From the NCBI GenBank assembly GCA_041570235.1, contig JBFFWN010000001.1, forward strand, positions 1 to 49,397: 49,397 nucleotides of DNA. Reading direction: 5' to 3'. The position numbers were made by a program, and so were the translations under genes. How positions within the stretch are numbered: the stretch's first letter is position 1; each line of letters opens with the position of its first letter. The notes below the pieces were generated by a model, which was not told the DNA's origin, made no database searches, and worked only from the letters and a program-made list of their open reading frames with translations. Of the stretch, positions 30,398 to 39,383 are shown piece after piece. The DNA comes from Lysobacterales bacterium. GTDB lineage: Bacteria; Pseudomonadota; Gammaproteobacteria; Xanthomonadales; SZUA-36.

Positions 30398-31081
30398 ATG
30401 AGCGTGGCAAATAATAGAAGGGCCGTGGTGCTGTTATCCGGTGGACTGGACTCAGCCACCGTGCTTGCAATCGCCAGGGATGAGGGTTTTGAGTGTTATG
30501 CACTGTCCGTAAACTACGGTCAACGGCATCGTTCAGAGCTGGTTGCGGCTGAGAATGTAGCTTCGGCAAATTCGGCTGTATTGAAAACCATTAACCTCGA
30601 CCTGCGGACCTTTGGTGGCAGCGCGCTCACCGACGATATCGATGTGCCGGAAGAGGAGGGCGAGGGCATCCCTGTTACCTACGTGCCGGCCCGCAATACC
30701 ATCATGCTGTCACTGGCATTGGCCTGGGCGGAGGTGCTTGGGGCAAACAATATTTTCATCGGCGTCAATGCGGTCGATTACTCCGGTTACCCCGATTGCC
30801 GTCCTGAATTTATCGACGCTTTTGAAGAAATGGCCAACCTGGCCACCAAGGCCGGTGTGGTGGGGAACCGCCTGTACATTCACACGCCTTTGATCGACCT
30901 GAGCAAGGCAGACATTATCCTGCAGGGCACGGACCTGGGTGTGGACTATGGATTGACGGTTTCCTGCTACCAGGCAGATGACCAGGGCAGGGCCTGCGGG
31001 GTATGCGATTCATGCCGGATACGCGCTGCCGGTTTCAAAGCGGCCGGTATAAGTGATCCAACCCGTTATAAATCTGTATAA
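30398..31081 (+). CDS. queC: 7-cyano-7-deazaguanine synthase
   Basis: [12 protein letters not shown] (PP-loop) and the C-terminal zinc cysteines C...CG.CDSC..R. Confidence 0.92.
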   Translation: MSVANNRRAVVLLSGGLDSATVLAIARDEGFECYALSVNYGQRHRSELVAAENVASANSAVLKTINLDLRTFGGSALTDDIDVPEEEGEGIPVTYVPARNTIMLSLALAWAEVLGANNIFIGVNAVDYSGYPDCRPEFIDAFEEMANLATKAGVVGNRLYIHTPLIDLSKADIILQGTDLGVDYGLTVSCYQADDQGRACGVCDSCRIRAAGFKAAGISDPTRYKSV

Positions 31082-31096
31082 TGTGCATGTTTCTTC

Positions 31097-31125
31097 TTGA
31101 GTCACGCGACATTTTCCAATAAAAT
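31097..31125 (+). promoter_or_regulatory. Candidate sigma70 promoter of the tRNA-Lys gene
   Basis: TTGAGT (31097-31102), a 17-nt spacer, TAAAAT (31120-31125), then a GC-rich discriminator (GCCGCGC) typical of stringently controlled stable-RNA promoters. It lies about 27 nt upstream of the mature 5' end. Confidence 0.5.
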
Positions 31126-31151
31126 GCCGCGCTCTTCGCAGTACAAACTGT

Positions 31152-31227
31152 GGGTCGTTAGCTCAGTTGGTAGAGCACTGGACTTTTAATCCATTGGTCG
31201 TAGGTTCGAATCCTACACGACCCACCA
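31152..31227 (+). tRNA. tRNA-Lys (anticodon UUU)
   Basis: The 76 nt fold manually into a cloverleaf: acceptor GGGTCGT/ACGACCC, D-arm GCTC/GAGC, anticodon loop CTTTTAA, T-arm GTAGG-TTCGAAT-CCTAC, and an encoded CCA. It is near-identical in pattern to E. coli tRNA-Lys. Confidence 0.95.
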
Positions 31228-31309
31228 TTTTTTCAATGGCTTACGACTAAGCTTAACTTACCTTTTTGCTTCGCGCGTGCCAGATTTGTGCCCTCAATGC
31301 GGCTTGCGG

Positions 31310-31606
31310 CTAAGTTTCGGGGTCTGCCAGGTACTGTTGTGCAGAATTCTTGAAATCGTCATACAGGGGGACGGCTTTTCGGGCTTTTAGATCAAACGTC
31401 ACCGTCACGTTTTCCATCGTCGCAGCCAACTCCCCGGTGTTGCGGTTAACCATCCTGTGGTGATGCACAAAAGATTTATTGCCAAGGCTGATCAGTACAC
31501 TTTCTATGTACACCAAAGCCCCGCTCCGCAGCTCTTGCTTGTATTCGAGGGTTGATTTTACATCAGCGAAGCCTTCGCCCCTTTTCAGCATCTCTTCCTG
31601 CGGCAC
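31310..31606 (-). pseudogene. 5'-truncated hotdog-fold thioesterase remnant
   Basis: The 98-aa ORF matches only the C-terminal two-thirds of 4HBT/YbgC-like thioesterases (...YIESVLISLGNKSFVHHHRMVNRNTGELAATMENVTVTFDLKARKAVP). The N-terminal catalytic DTD...H region is missing, and the reading frame runs straight into the MITE-like repeat at 31601+. Confidence 0.55.
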
Positions 31607-31739
31607 TCGGGGGACAGTTTACTTAATACCCACAGATTTCCCGGCACTCGGGGGGCAGTTTACTTAATACCCACAGATTTCAGCGGCTTTTTACGACAAA
31701 TTTAGTTTGCCCTGATATCCATTTAAGTAAACTGTCCCC
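31601..31739. mobile_element. MITE-like element copy 1 (complete 90-bp unit 31650-31739 plus a 40-bp tandem duplicate of its left end and flank, 31601-31640)
   Basis: Terminal inverted repeats are GGGG(G/A)CAGTTTACTTAA ... TTAAGTAAACTGTCCCC. There is no coding capacity. It is about 85% identical by eye to the copy at 43827-43916, in the same orientation. Confidence 0.7.
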
Positions 31740-31855
31740 TGATATGCTGATATCGCGATGCCTTCCACGAGCAATCGATTCTCAAAGTCGGCCATGCCTA
31801 CGAGCAGACCACGGACTGGCATAAACAACGCCCGCGGGTCTGACGAGCGCGTGGT

Positions 31856-32749
31856 TTAGAGCTGTTTGCGGTAGGCGGTGGGAGAGATCTCGTTCGTTTT
31901 GCGGAACTGGCGGGTGAAATAATTGCTGTCGTTGAAGCCGATCCCCATCGCAATTTCGGTGATGTTCATGTCGGTGTTGCGCAGCAGAGTCATCGCTTCC
32001 TGAATCCGCAGCCGGACGAGGTATTCGATCGGGGACTGCCCGGTGGCTTTGCGGAAAATGCGCATCAGGGTGCTGCGCGACATGTGGGCGATCTCGACCA
32101 GCTCTTCGAGTTTCCAGTCTTTGGAAAAGTCGTTTTCCAGTGCTCCGATCACATTGCCGATACGCAGTAAGGCATGGGCCTCCGTCGTTTCCGAGCTGCT
32201 GTAGGCGCGGGAGAGCGTCACCATGAGTTCGAGCAGCTTGGCGCGCAGCGCCACCGCGCGGCCGGGGCGGTCGGCTTGACACTCCCGCTCCATCGTTTCC
32301 GCCAACTGCTCCACATGTGCGAGCGGAATGCGTTTGAGATGCAGGCGGCTGGCAAAGCGGTGCTGGTGCCGGTAGGTCGGTTCGAGCATAAACAGGGCGC
32401 AATAGCCCGGCATGCAGCGCAGTTCATGTTCCGGCAGGACGATTTTGTCGGGATCATACATGATATTGATCAGATCGAGGTTTTTTCGATCACAGAAATA
32501 ATGCTTCTGCCTCCCCTGTAATAAGAAGACATCGCCGGCGGTGACGGGAAAGGAGTGGCCCTCGAGCACATGCATCGCGCTGCCGCGGCTGACGATGACC
32601 AGCTCGCAAAAGTCGTGGCTGTGCTCCACTTCAGTTAAATCGTGCGGGTGGGATTGGGAATGCTCGGCATCCGTAGTCACGCGCAGCACGGCCAGCGGAA
32701 AGTTGGCGCGCCCAAAGTAATGGATGCCATCGGCAATGGTTGATTTCAT
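31856..32749 (-). CDS. AraC-family transcriptional regulator (cupin sensor plus dual HTH)
   Basis: 297 aa. The C-terminal HTH_18 signature is present (...IAHMSRSTLMRIFRKATGQSPIEYLVRLRIQEAMTLL..TDMNITEIAMGIGFNDSNYFTRQFRK). It is divergent from the xylB-transporter-xylA operon. Confidence 0.88.
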   Translation of the reverse strand: MKSTIADGIHYFGRANFPLAVLRVTTDAEHSQSHPHDLTEVEHSHDFCELVIVSRGSAMHVLEGHSFPVTAGDVFLLQGRQKHYFCDRKNLDLINIMYDPDKIVLPEHELRCMPGYCALFMLEPTYRHQHRFASRLHLKRIPLAHVEQLAETMERECQADRPGRAVALRAKLLELMVTLSRAYSSSETTEAHALLRIGNVIGALENDFSKDWKLEELVEIAHMSRSTLMRIFRKATGQSPIEYLVRLRIQEAMTLLRNTDMNITEIAMGIGFNDSNYFTRQFRKTNEISPTAYRKQL

Positions 32750-32751
32750 AA

Positions 32752-32784
32752 TGAGACGATTATGCTCATTATTGAGACGATATT
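32752..32784. promoter_or_regulatory. Candidate AraC-type operator (direct repeat with 21-bp periodicity)
   Basis: TGAGACGATTAT (32752-32763) and TGAGACGATATT (32773-32784) start exactly 21 bp apart in the 88-bp divergent intergenic region. Confidence 0.3.
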
Positions 32785-32837
32785 AAAGGCACAAGGGGCT
32801 GAGAGATGAAACGATGGTGCTTTTAATGGGAGAAGCG

Positions 32838-34310
32838 ATGTATCTATTAGGACTAGATGTGGGGAGTTCATCGGTCAAAGCGTCCCTCTTGAACATAGCC
32901 AGCGGGCGGTGTGCGGGGGATGCCTTTTATCCGAAAGCGGAACTGGGCATTGAATCGCCGCAGCCGGGGTTTGCCGAACAAGACCCCCAGCGGTGGTACG
33001 ATTGCGCCCAACAGGCGGTCCGCGCGGCCATGCAGGCGGCCGCCGCCAGTCCCGATCAGGTGCAGGCCGTGGGGATTGCCTATCAAATGCACGGCCTCGT
33101 TTGTGTCGACCGCCACCAGCAGCTGCTGCGCCCGGCCATCATCTGGTGCGATTCGCGGGGGGTGCCCTATGGCGAGGCCGCCTTGGAAGCGCTGGGCGCC
33201 GAACAATGCCTCTCGCATCTGATGAATTCGCCCGGCAACTTTACGGCCACCAAGCTGGCCTGGGTCAAGCAGCACGAGCCGGAGCTCTTTGCCGCCATCG
33301 ATAAAATCATGCTGCCGGGCGACTGGCTGGCCATGAAGCTCACCGGCGCCGCCTGCACCACGGTCTCCGGCCTGTCCGAAGGGATGCTGTGGGACTTTAA
33401 AAACGAGGCGCCGGCCGGCTTCGTGTTGGAGCACTTCGGCTTTGATCCCGCCCTGCTGGCCCCGATCGTGCCGACCTTTGGCCATCAAGGCGTGTTGACG
33501 GACGGCGCCGCGGCGGATTTCGGCCTCGCGGCGGGAACGCCGGTCACTTACCGGGGCGGGGATCAGCCCAACAACGCGCTCGCGCTGAATGTATTCAATC
33601 CGGGCGAGATCGCGGCGACGGCGGGCACCTCCGGTGTGGTCTATGGCGTCACCGACAAAAAACAATGCGATCCTCAGTCGCGCGTCAACACCTTCGCCCA
33701 TGTCAACCATACGGCCGCGGACCCGCGCCTCGGTGTCTTGCTCTGTATTAATGGCACCGGCATTTTGAACGCGTGGACAAAACGCTTGCTGGGGGATTTG
33801 TCCTATGGGGAGATGGATGCGTTGGCCGCGACTGTGCCGATCGGCTGTGACGGTCTGATCATACTGCCGTTTGGCAATGGAGCGGAGCGCGTGCTGGGGA
33901 ACAAAAATATGGGCGCCCAGTTTACCGGGATCGATTTCAATCGGCATGATCGTGCCACCATTTGCCGTGCTGTTTTGGAGGGGATTGTCTTCTCTTTCAT
34001 GTACGGGATGGAGGTGATGGAGGAGACCGGGATCGAAATGAAAACCATTCGTGCCGGGATGGGCAACATGTTCCAAAGTGCGGTCTTCCGTGAAACGTTG
34101 GCCGGCGTCAGCGGGGCCACGATTGAACTGTACGAAAGTGACGGATCGCTCGGAGCGGCGCGCGGCGCCGGGGTGGGTGCCGGTATTTATAAGTCGTTTG
34201 CAGAGGCCTTTCAGACCTTGGAAAAACAAGAAGTGATTGAGCCCGGTGCGGGCGACTACCCGATGGCATACGCCGCCTGGAAGAACCATTTAAAACAAGT
34301 ATTGAAATAG
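32838..34310 (+). CDS. xylB: Xylulokinase (FGGY carbohydrate kinase)
   Basis: MYLLGLDVGSSSVKASL (the FGGY N-terminal motif) from the ATG at 32838. About 490 aa, followed by a sugar transporter and xylA. Confidence 0.88.
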   Translation: MYLLGLDVGSSSVKASLLNIASGRCAGDAFYPKAELGIESPQPGFAEQDPQRWYDCAQQAVRAAMQAAAASPDQVQAVGIAYQMHGLVCVDRHQQLLRPAIIWCDSRGVPYGEAALEALGAEQCLSHLMNSPGNFTATKLAWVKQHEPELFAAIDKIMLPGDWLAMKLTGAACTTVSGLSEGMLWDFKNEAPAGFVLEHFGFDPALLAPIVPTFGHQGVLTDGAAADFGLAAGTPVTYRGGDQPNNALALNVFNPGEIAATAGTSGVVYGVTDKKQCDPQSRVNTFAHVNHTAADPRLGVLLCINGTGILNAWTKRLLGDLSYGEMDALAATVPIGCDGLIILPFGNGAERVLGNKNMGAQFTGIDFNRHDRATICRAVLEGIVFSFMYGMEVMEETGIEMKTIRAGMGNMFQSAVFRETLAGVSGATIELYESDGSLGAARGAGVGAGIYKSFAEAFQTLEKQEVIEPGAGDYPMAYAAWKNHLKQVLK

Positions 34311-34323
34311 AAAGGATGGAGTT

Positions 34324-35727
34324 ATGTCAGAGCCAAAAGATTCAACCAATATGGGGTTTGTGATCCTGATTAGTATCGTGGCCACCATCGGCGGCTTTCT
34401 CTTCGGGTTCGACAGCGGGGTCATTAACGGAACCATTGATGGCCTTCAACTCGCCTTTGATTTGACCGCCACACAGGTCGGAACCAGCGTCGCCTCGATG
34501 TTAATCGGGTGTGTGGTGGGTGCATTTTGCGCCGGGTCTCTGGCGGATAAGCTCGGACGGCGCTCGATTCTGATTGTGGCCTCCATCTTCTTCGCGATCA
34601 GCGCCTGGGGGTCGGGCGTGGCGGGCGGCTCGGTCGAGTTTATTGTCTATCGACTGATCGGGGGCTTGGCGGTGGGCGCGGCCAGTGTGCTGGCGCCGGC
34701 CTATATCAGTGAGGTTTCGCCGGCCAAATACCGGGGGGCGCTCTCCTCGATTCAACAGATTGCAATTATCACGGGTTTGTTCTGTGCGTTCTTGAGCAAC
34801 TATCTGATCGCCGGCAATGCGGGCGGGTCGACCGAGATCTTTGCCATGGGGCGCGAAGCCTGGCGCTGGATGTTCTGGGTCGAGTTGGCTCCGGCCATCA
34901 CCTTCTTTTTCGCACTGCTGTTTATTCCGGAAAGTCCGCGCTTCCTGGTGGCGACTCAAAAGAGTGAAAAGGCGCATGCCGTGCTCAAACGTCTCATGGG
35001 TCACGCCGAAGCCGAGCTGAAGTATAACGAAATCAATGCGTCACTCGCAGGAGATCACCACCGCCCGGGCTTGAAAGATATTCTCGATCAGAAATTTGGC
35101 GTGCGCCCCATCGTCTGGGTGGGTATCGGCTTGGCGACGTTCCAGCAGTTGGTCGGAATCAATGTGGTCTTCTATTATGGGTCCGTGGTTTGGCAGGCGG
35201 CTGGATTTACAGAAAGCCAAGCGCTGTTAATTAATGTCATTAGCGGTGGCGTAAGTATCGGCGCTTGTATTGGGGCGACGATGATGGTGGACCGTTTGGG
35301 TCGTAAGCCGTTGCTGTTGATCGGCTCAATCGGAATGGCGATTTCGTTGGCCATCATGACCTATGTCTTTGCAACGGCGGGTCTGGATGCGGCCGGCGCT
35401 CCGGATTTGGGATCGAACGGGCCGGTCGCACTGATTTCTCTGATGGTGTATGTCGCATTTTTCAATATGTCCTGGGGCCCGATCATGTGGGTGATGCTTG
35501 GCGAAATGTTCCCGAATCAGATTCGCGGATCGGCCTTGGCCGTCGCCGGCTTGGCGCAGTGGTTGGCCAATTATGCGATCACGGCAACCTTTCCCGTCAT
35601 GTTGGCCGGCATTGGCCTGGGCGGGGCGTATGGCTTCTACACGGCGGGGGCGGTCATCTCCGTCTTCTTCATCGTGAAGTTTGTCAAGGAGACCAAGGGT
35701 ATCGAACTGGAAGATATGCAGGGCTGA
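34324..35727 (+). CDS. Sugar-porter family MFS transporter (XylE-like sugar:H+ symporter)
   Basis: 467 aa with the sugar-porter motifs GFLFGFDSGVI, GRR..L, PESPRFL and PETKG-like ETKGIELE at the C-terminus. Confidence 0.88.
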   Translation: MSEPKDSTNMGFVILISIVATIGGFLFGFDSGVINGTIDGLQLAFDLTATQVGTSVASMLIGCVVGAFCAGSLADKLGRRSILIVASIFFAISAWGSGVAGGSVEFIVYRLIGGLAVGAASVLAPAYISEVSPAKYRGALSSIQQIAIITGLFCAFLSNYLIAGNAGGSTEIFAMGREAWRWMFWVELAPAITFFFALLFIPESPRFLVATQKSEKAHAVLKRLMGHAEAELKYNEINASLAGDHHRPGLKDILDQKFGVRPIVWVGIGLATFQQLVGINVVFYYGSVVWQAAGFTESQALLINVISGGVSIGACIGATMMVDRLGRKPLLLIGSIGMAISLAIMTYVFATAGLDAAGAPDLGSNGPVALISLMVYVAFFNMSWGPIMWVMLGEMFPNQIRGSALAVAGLAQWLANYAITATFPVMLAGIGLGGAYGFYTAGAVISVFFIVKFVKETKGIELEDMQG

Positions 35728-35775
35728 TCGGAGAAGGCTGAAGTTAGAAACTGGAAATTTGAAAAGGAGATGATA

Positions 35776-37104
35776 ATGAGCAGTGTAACGGGTAAGACAG
35801 AGTATTTTCCGGGCATTGGAAAAATCGGATTTGAAGGCCGCGCGAGCGATAACCCGCTGGCGTTTAAATGGTACGATGAGAACGCCATCGTCGGCGGCAA
35901 AACGATGAAGGAAACCCTGCGGTTCGCCGTGGCCTACTGGCACACCTTCTGCGGAACCGGCGGCGACCCCTTCGGTGGCGCAACGCATGCCTTCCCATGG
36001 TTCACGGGTGCTGATGCGGATGCGCGTGCGAAAAATAAAATGGATGCGGCCTTTGAATTCATCACCAAGATCGGCGCGCCCTACTATTGTTTTCACGACA
36101 CCGATTTGGTGGAGGAGGGCGATACCTTTGCGGAGTCCACGCGGCGCCTCGAAGCGATCGTCGACTACGCGAAAGAAAAACAGGCCGCTTCCGGGGTGAA
36201 ACTGCTGTGGGGGACCGCCAACCTGTTTTCAAACCCGCGCTACATGAACGGGGCCGGCACCAATCCGGATTTCAATACCGTGGCCTACGCCGGAGCTCAG
36301 CTCAAAAATGCCATCGATGCGACCATCGCCCTGGGCGGTGAAAACTATGTCTTCTGGGGTGGACGCGAAGGCTACATGAGTCTGCTCAACACCAACATGA
36401 AGCAGGAGCTCGATAACTTCGGTCAATTTCTCACCATGGCGCGGGACTATGCCCGTGCACAGGGCTTCACCGGAAACTTCTTCATTGAGCCCAAGCCCAT
36501 GGAGCCGAGCAAGCATCAGTACGACTTCGATGCCGCAACCGTGGTCGGATTCCTCAACGCGCACGGCCTGCAGGATGACTTCAAGCTCAACATCGAAGTC
36601 AACCACGCGACACTCGCGCAGCACACCTTCCAGCACGATCTGCAGGTTGCGGCCGATAACAACATGCTCGGCAGCATCGATGCCAATCGCGGGGATTATC
36701 AGAACGGCTGGGACACCGATGAATTCCCGGTCAGCATTCGCGAAACGGTTGAAGCGATGCTCGTGATCCTCGAAGCGGGTGGTCTGCAGGGCGGGGGAAC
36801 CAACTTCGATGCGAAGATTCGCCGCAACTCGACCGATCTCGACGATATCTTCATTGCGCACGTCAGTGGCATGGACACCTTCGCCCGTGCCCTCGTGGTT
36901 GCGGACAAGATGCTGGCCGAGTCGCCGTATAAGAAAATGCGAGCGGATCGCTATGCGACCTTCGGCTCGGGCAACGGGGCGGATTTCGCGGCGGGCAGGA
37001 TGACGCTCGAAGAACTCGCCGGAATTGGCGCGGCCGGCGGCGAGATAGCTCCGATCAGCGGCAAGCAGGAGCTCTACGAGGCACTGATCAATCAGTACAT
37101 CTAA
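35776..37104 (+). CDS. xylA: Xylose isomerase
   Basis: Class II XylA signatures are present: [32 protein letters not shown], and LNIE.NHATLA.HTF.H. The ATG at 35776 has AAGGAG 6 nt upstream. Confidence 0.95.
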   Translation: MSSVTGKTEYFPGIGKIGFEGRASDNPLAFKWYDENAIVGGKTMKETLRFAVAYWHTFCGTGGDPFGGATHAFPWFTGADADARAKNKMDAAFEFITKIGAPYYCFHDTDLVEEGDTFAESTRRLEAIVDYAKEKQAASGVKLLWGTANLFSNPRYMNGAGTNPDFNTVAYAGAQLKNAIDATIALGGENYVFWGGREGYMSLLNTNMKQELDNFGQFLTMARDYARAQGFTGNFFIEPKPMEPSKHQYDFDAATVVGFLNAHGLQDDFKLNIEVNHATLAQHTFQHDLQVAADNNMLGSIDANRGDYQNGWDTDEFPVSIRETVEAMLVILEAGGLQGGGTNFDAKIRRNSTDLDDIFIAHVSGMDTFARALVVADKMLAESPYKKMRADRYATFGSGNGADFAAGRMTLEELAGIGAAGGEIAPISGKQELYEALINQYI

Positions 37105-37107
37105 TCG

Positions 37108-37130
37108 AACCCGCACACAGGCGGGTTTTC
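37108..37130 (+). terminator. Candidate rho-independent terminator after xylA
   Basis: AACCCGC-ACACAG-GCGGGTT is followed by TTTC, 4 nt after the xylA stop. The U-tract is short. Confidence 0.45.
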
Positions 37131-37366
37131 GCCCCGTAATGGCCAGGTTCGCTATGAGTTGAACCAAAAATAGGCCCCATGAGGGGACGATTGAAGCGTG
37201 TATTTACCAAGAGTAGGCGCCTTTAGGCGATATTGACAAGGTGAATTGATGCACAGCATCAAGAGAGGGTGCCCTGGGGTAGATCAAAACTATACTGACT
37301 TTCCTGGATAAGAAAGAGGCAAATGCTGCTGACAGCCTGTTGCCGGATTGCCGGGCTTCGCCAGGC

Positions 37367-39271
37367 TCATCGTTGGATTTCAGTCTTCACCGGCCAAATT
37401 TTTAGTGTATTCGTCTCTTCGCCCAAATGCTCGAAAGGCCCCGGTGCGGGATTGCCCGCCTCCCGCTTGTTGCCGAAATAATCGGCATCCAGCCTGTAGT
37501 GTGTTCCATCCGGTTGTTCATACGGCAGATCCGGAATAGCGGCCCTGCCCAGCATTTCGGTGGTAACCAGGGGGCGCTGGCGATCGTCGCCGACCAGGCC
37601 GGAACTCATTTGCAGATACCATCCGTCGGACCGTTTCGAAAGGGTAAATCCGGGATCGCGATCCGACCGCATGAGCGGATCGGCTTCGTGCTTTGATGGC
37701 CTTGCTCCGTTGAAATAGACGTTGCCCTTCATAACAACCGGCAGTTCCGCATCATCGTAGGCTTCCAGGTTGCTGCGTTTAATAAACAGATTGTTGTAGA
37801 ACCGGCTGTCCCCGCCGGGGTGGTCATGCAATCCGGCGATCTCGGTAGAATGTTCTTTGTGATAGGGAGTCTGCCGTTTTTCCTTCGCCGCGAAACGGAT
37901 CTCCCCCGCAAAAACATTGTGCGCATAGACCCCGCCCTGACTCCGGTCGTTCAGGGAATAGGCCGAGAGAAAGAGGTTGTTGTCCACCATGAAAGGCCCG
38001 TGGTTCACCTCCATGAAAAGATCCTGATGCCCGTTCACCGCGAACGCATCCCAGTTTTCGCTCCATTGGATTTCCTCCTCGGCATTATCATGGAGCAAGT
38101 TCCCGCTGACGCGCGTTCCTTGGCTCATCCAGTCCAGCCATATCCCGCGTTTCCGGCACCGATAGATATGGTTGTTGCGAATCAGGGTATCGATCGGCGC
38201 GTGAAACTTGATGCCCGCCAATTCGGCTCCGGTGAACAGTTGGCGAACATGTATTTCGTGGATCTCATTCCCCTCGATGGTGCTGAAGGCGGCGCCGAGG
38301 CTTCCGACGATCCCGGCCTGTTCGGCGTGCGAGATGTTGTTGTTGCGCACTATATGGGAACCAACGGTTTCCTTGTTCCATCCAGCGGCCAGTGCGCGTT
38401 TAATGGTTTCGTTATACGCGTTGGCGGATTCCGACCGGTTGTCCCACTCGTCGCCGTATTTCCCCAGCGTAATCCCGACACAGGTGGAATAGCGGATCAC
38501 GTTGTCCTCGATGACCCATCCTTTTGACCAATGCGTGCCGATCAAGCCGATCTGCTCGGCGGTGGGCGGTGCCCAGGGTGTCGCCGCCTGCTCCAAGGTG
38601 AAGCCACGGACGGTGATGTAATTGATTCCCGGCACTTCCGGATAGAAGACCGATTGCCGGGCATTGACCTCCACCAGTTCCTGATTAGGATCAACCCCCT
38701 TGAACTGTGCCCAGATCGTGGTGTTCCTTTCGTCGACCTTGGCGAACCAAAAAGAGACCTCTCCCTCTCCCGTCAAAACATCCTCATGCTTCGCTGCTTC
38801 CACCAGCCAATGCCCTCTCAGATAAACAGCACCCGTGTGGTGCTCGCGGCCCTTATTCACGAACCAGTCGCCGCGGATTAAATCGTCGAACGGATTGAAG
38901 TCTCCAAAAAAGGAATTCGGCAAAACAACCGTCCAAACGTCGTCCTGCACCTTTTCCCATCCGGTCACGACCTCCGAACCCTTAACGACAACGCGCTCGC
39001 CCGGTGCTGCCTGGTAGACAATGCGCTTCTCGTCGGACGTTCCGCCACGTGGCGGATTAATGCGCTCGCGATAGATGCCTTCGTGCACGGTAATCACATC
39101 GCCCGGCTGCGCCAGATCCGCTGCCCGCTGGATCGTCAGGAACGGTGCCGCTTTTGTACCTTTGTTTGAATCAGAGCCTTTGACCGACACATGGTATTGA
39201 ACCGCATTCGCCGTGGGCATCGATATCAACACCATCGCACACACCCACCCCACCTTAATGAATTTATTCAT
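37367..39271 (-). CDS. Secreted right-handed parallel beta-helix repeat protein (putative polysaccharide-active enzyme)
   Basis: Starting at the ATG at 39271 gives the signal peptide MNKFIKVGWVCAMVLISMPTANA. The DUF1565-like N-terminus (YHVSVKGSDSNKGTKAAPFLTIQRAADLAQPGDVITVHEGIY) is followed by repeated N/H/G-rich beta-helix turns (IRNNHI, VSGNLLHDN). Confidence 0.7.
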   Translation of the reverse strand: MNKFIKVGWVCAMVLISMPTANAVQYHVSVKGSDSNKGTKAAPFLTIQRAADLAQPGDVITVHEGIYRERINPPRGGTSDEKRIVYQAAPGERVVVKGSEVVTGWEKVQDDVWTVVLPNSFFGDFNPFDDLIRGDWFVNKGREHHTGAVYLRGHWLVEAAKHEDVLTGEGEVSFWFAKVDERNTTIWAQFKGVDPNQELVEVNARQSVFYPEVPGINYITVRGFTLEQAATPWAPPTAEQIGLIGTHWSKGWVIEDNVIRYSTCVGITLGKYGDEWDNRSESANAYNETIKRALAAGWNKETVGSHIVRNNNISHAEQAGIVGSLGAAFSTIEGNEIHEIHVRQLFTGAELAGIKFHAPIDTLIRNNHIYRCRKRGIWLDWMSQGTRVSGNLLHDNAEEEIQWSENWDAFAVNGHQDLFMEVNHGPFMVDNNLFLSAYSLNDRSQGGVYAHNVFAGEIRFAAKEKRQTPYHKEHSTEIAGLHDHPGGDSRFYNNLFIKRSNLEAYDDAELPVVMKGNVYFNGARPSKHEADPLMRSDRDPGFTLSKRSDGWYLQMSSGLVGDDRQRPLVTTEMLGRAAIPDLPYEQPDGTHYRLDADYFGNKREAGNPAPGPFEHLGEETNTLKIWPVKTEIQR

Positions 39272-39383
39272 CCCCAGTCCTTTCCTTTTAATAGCGCGAC
39301 AATTTGCTGATGGACAAACAGCAAATCGATAAAACGTGCGTTCCAATACATTTGGGGTTCTGGCAATATGGCTTTAATACTAC

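Noticed and set aside
32868-34289. 473-aa ORF antisense to xylB. Similar long antisense or overlapping ORFs occur at 31782..32402, 35326..36096, 36229..37167 and 37820..38527.
   Set aside because: Their translations are low-complexity R/G/A/P-rich sequence with no motifs, and they lie fully inside genes with strong family signatures. Long stop-free antisense frames are expected in this high-GC block.
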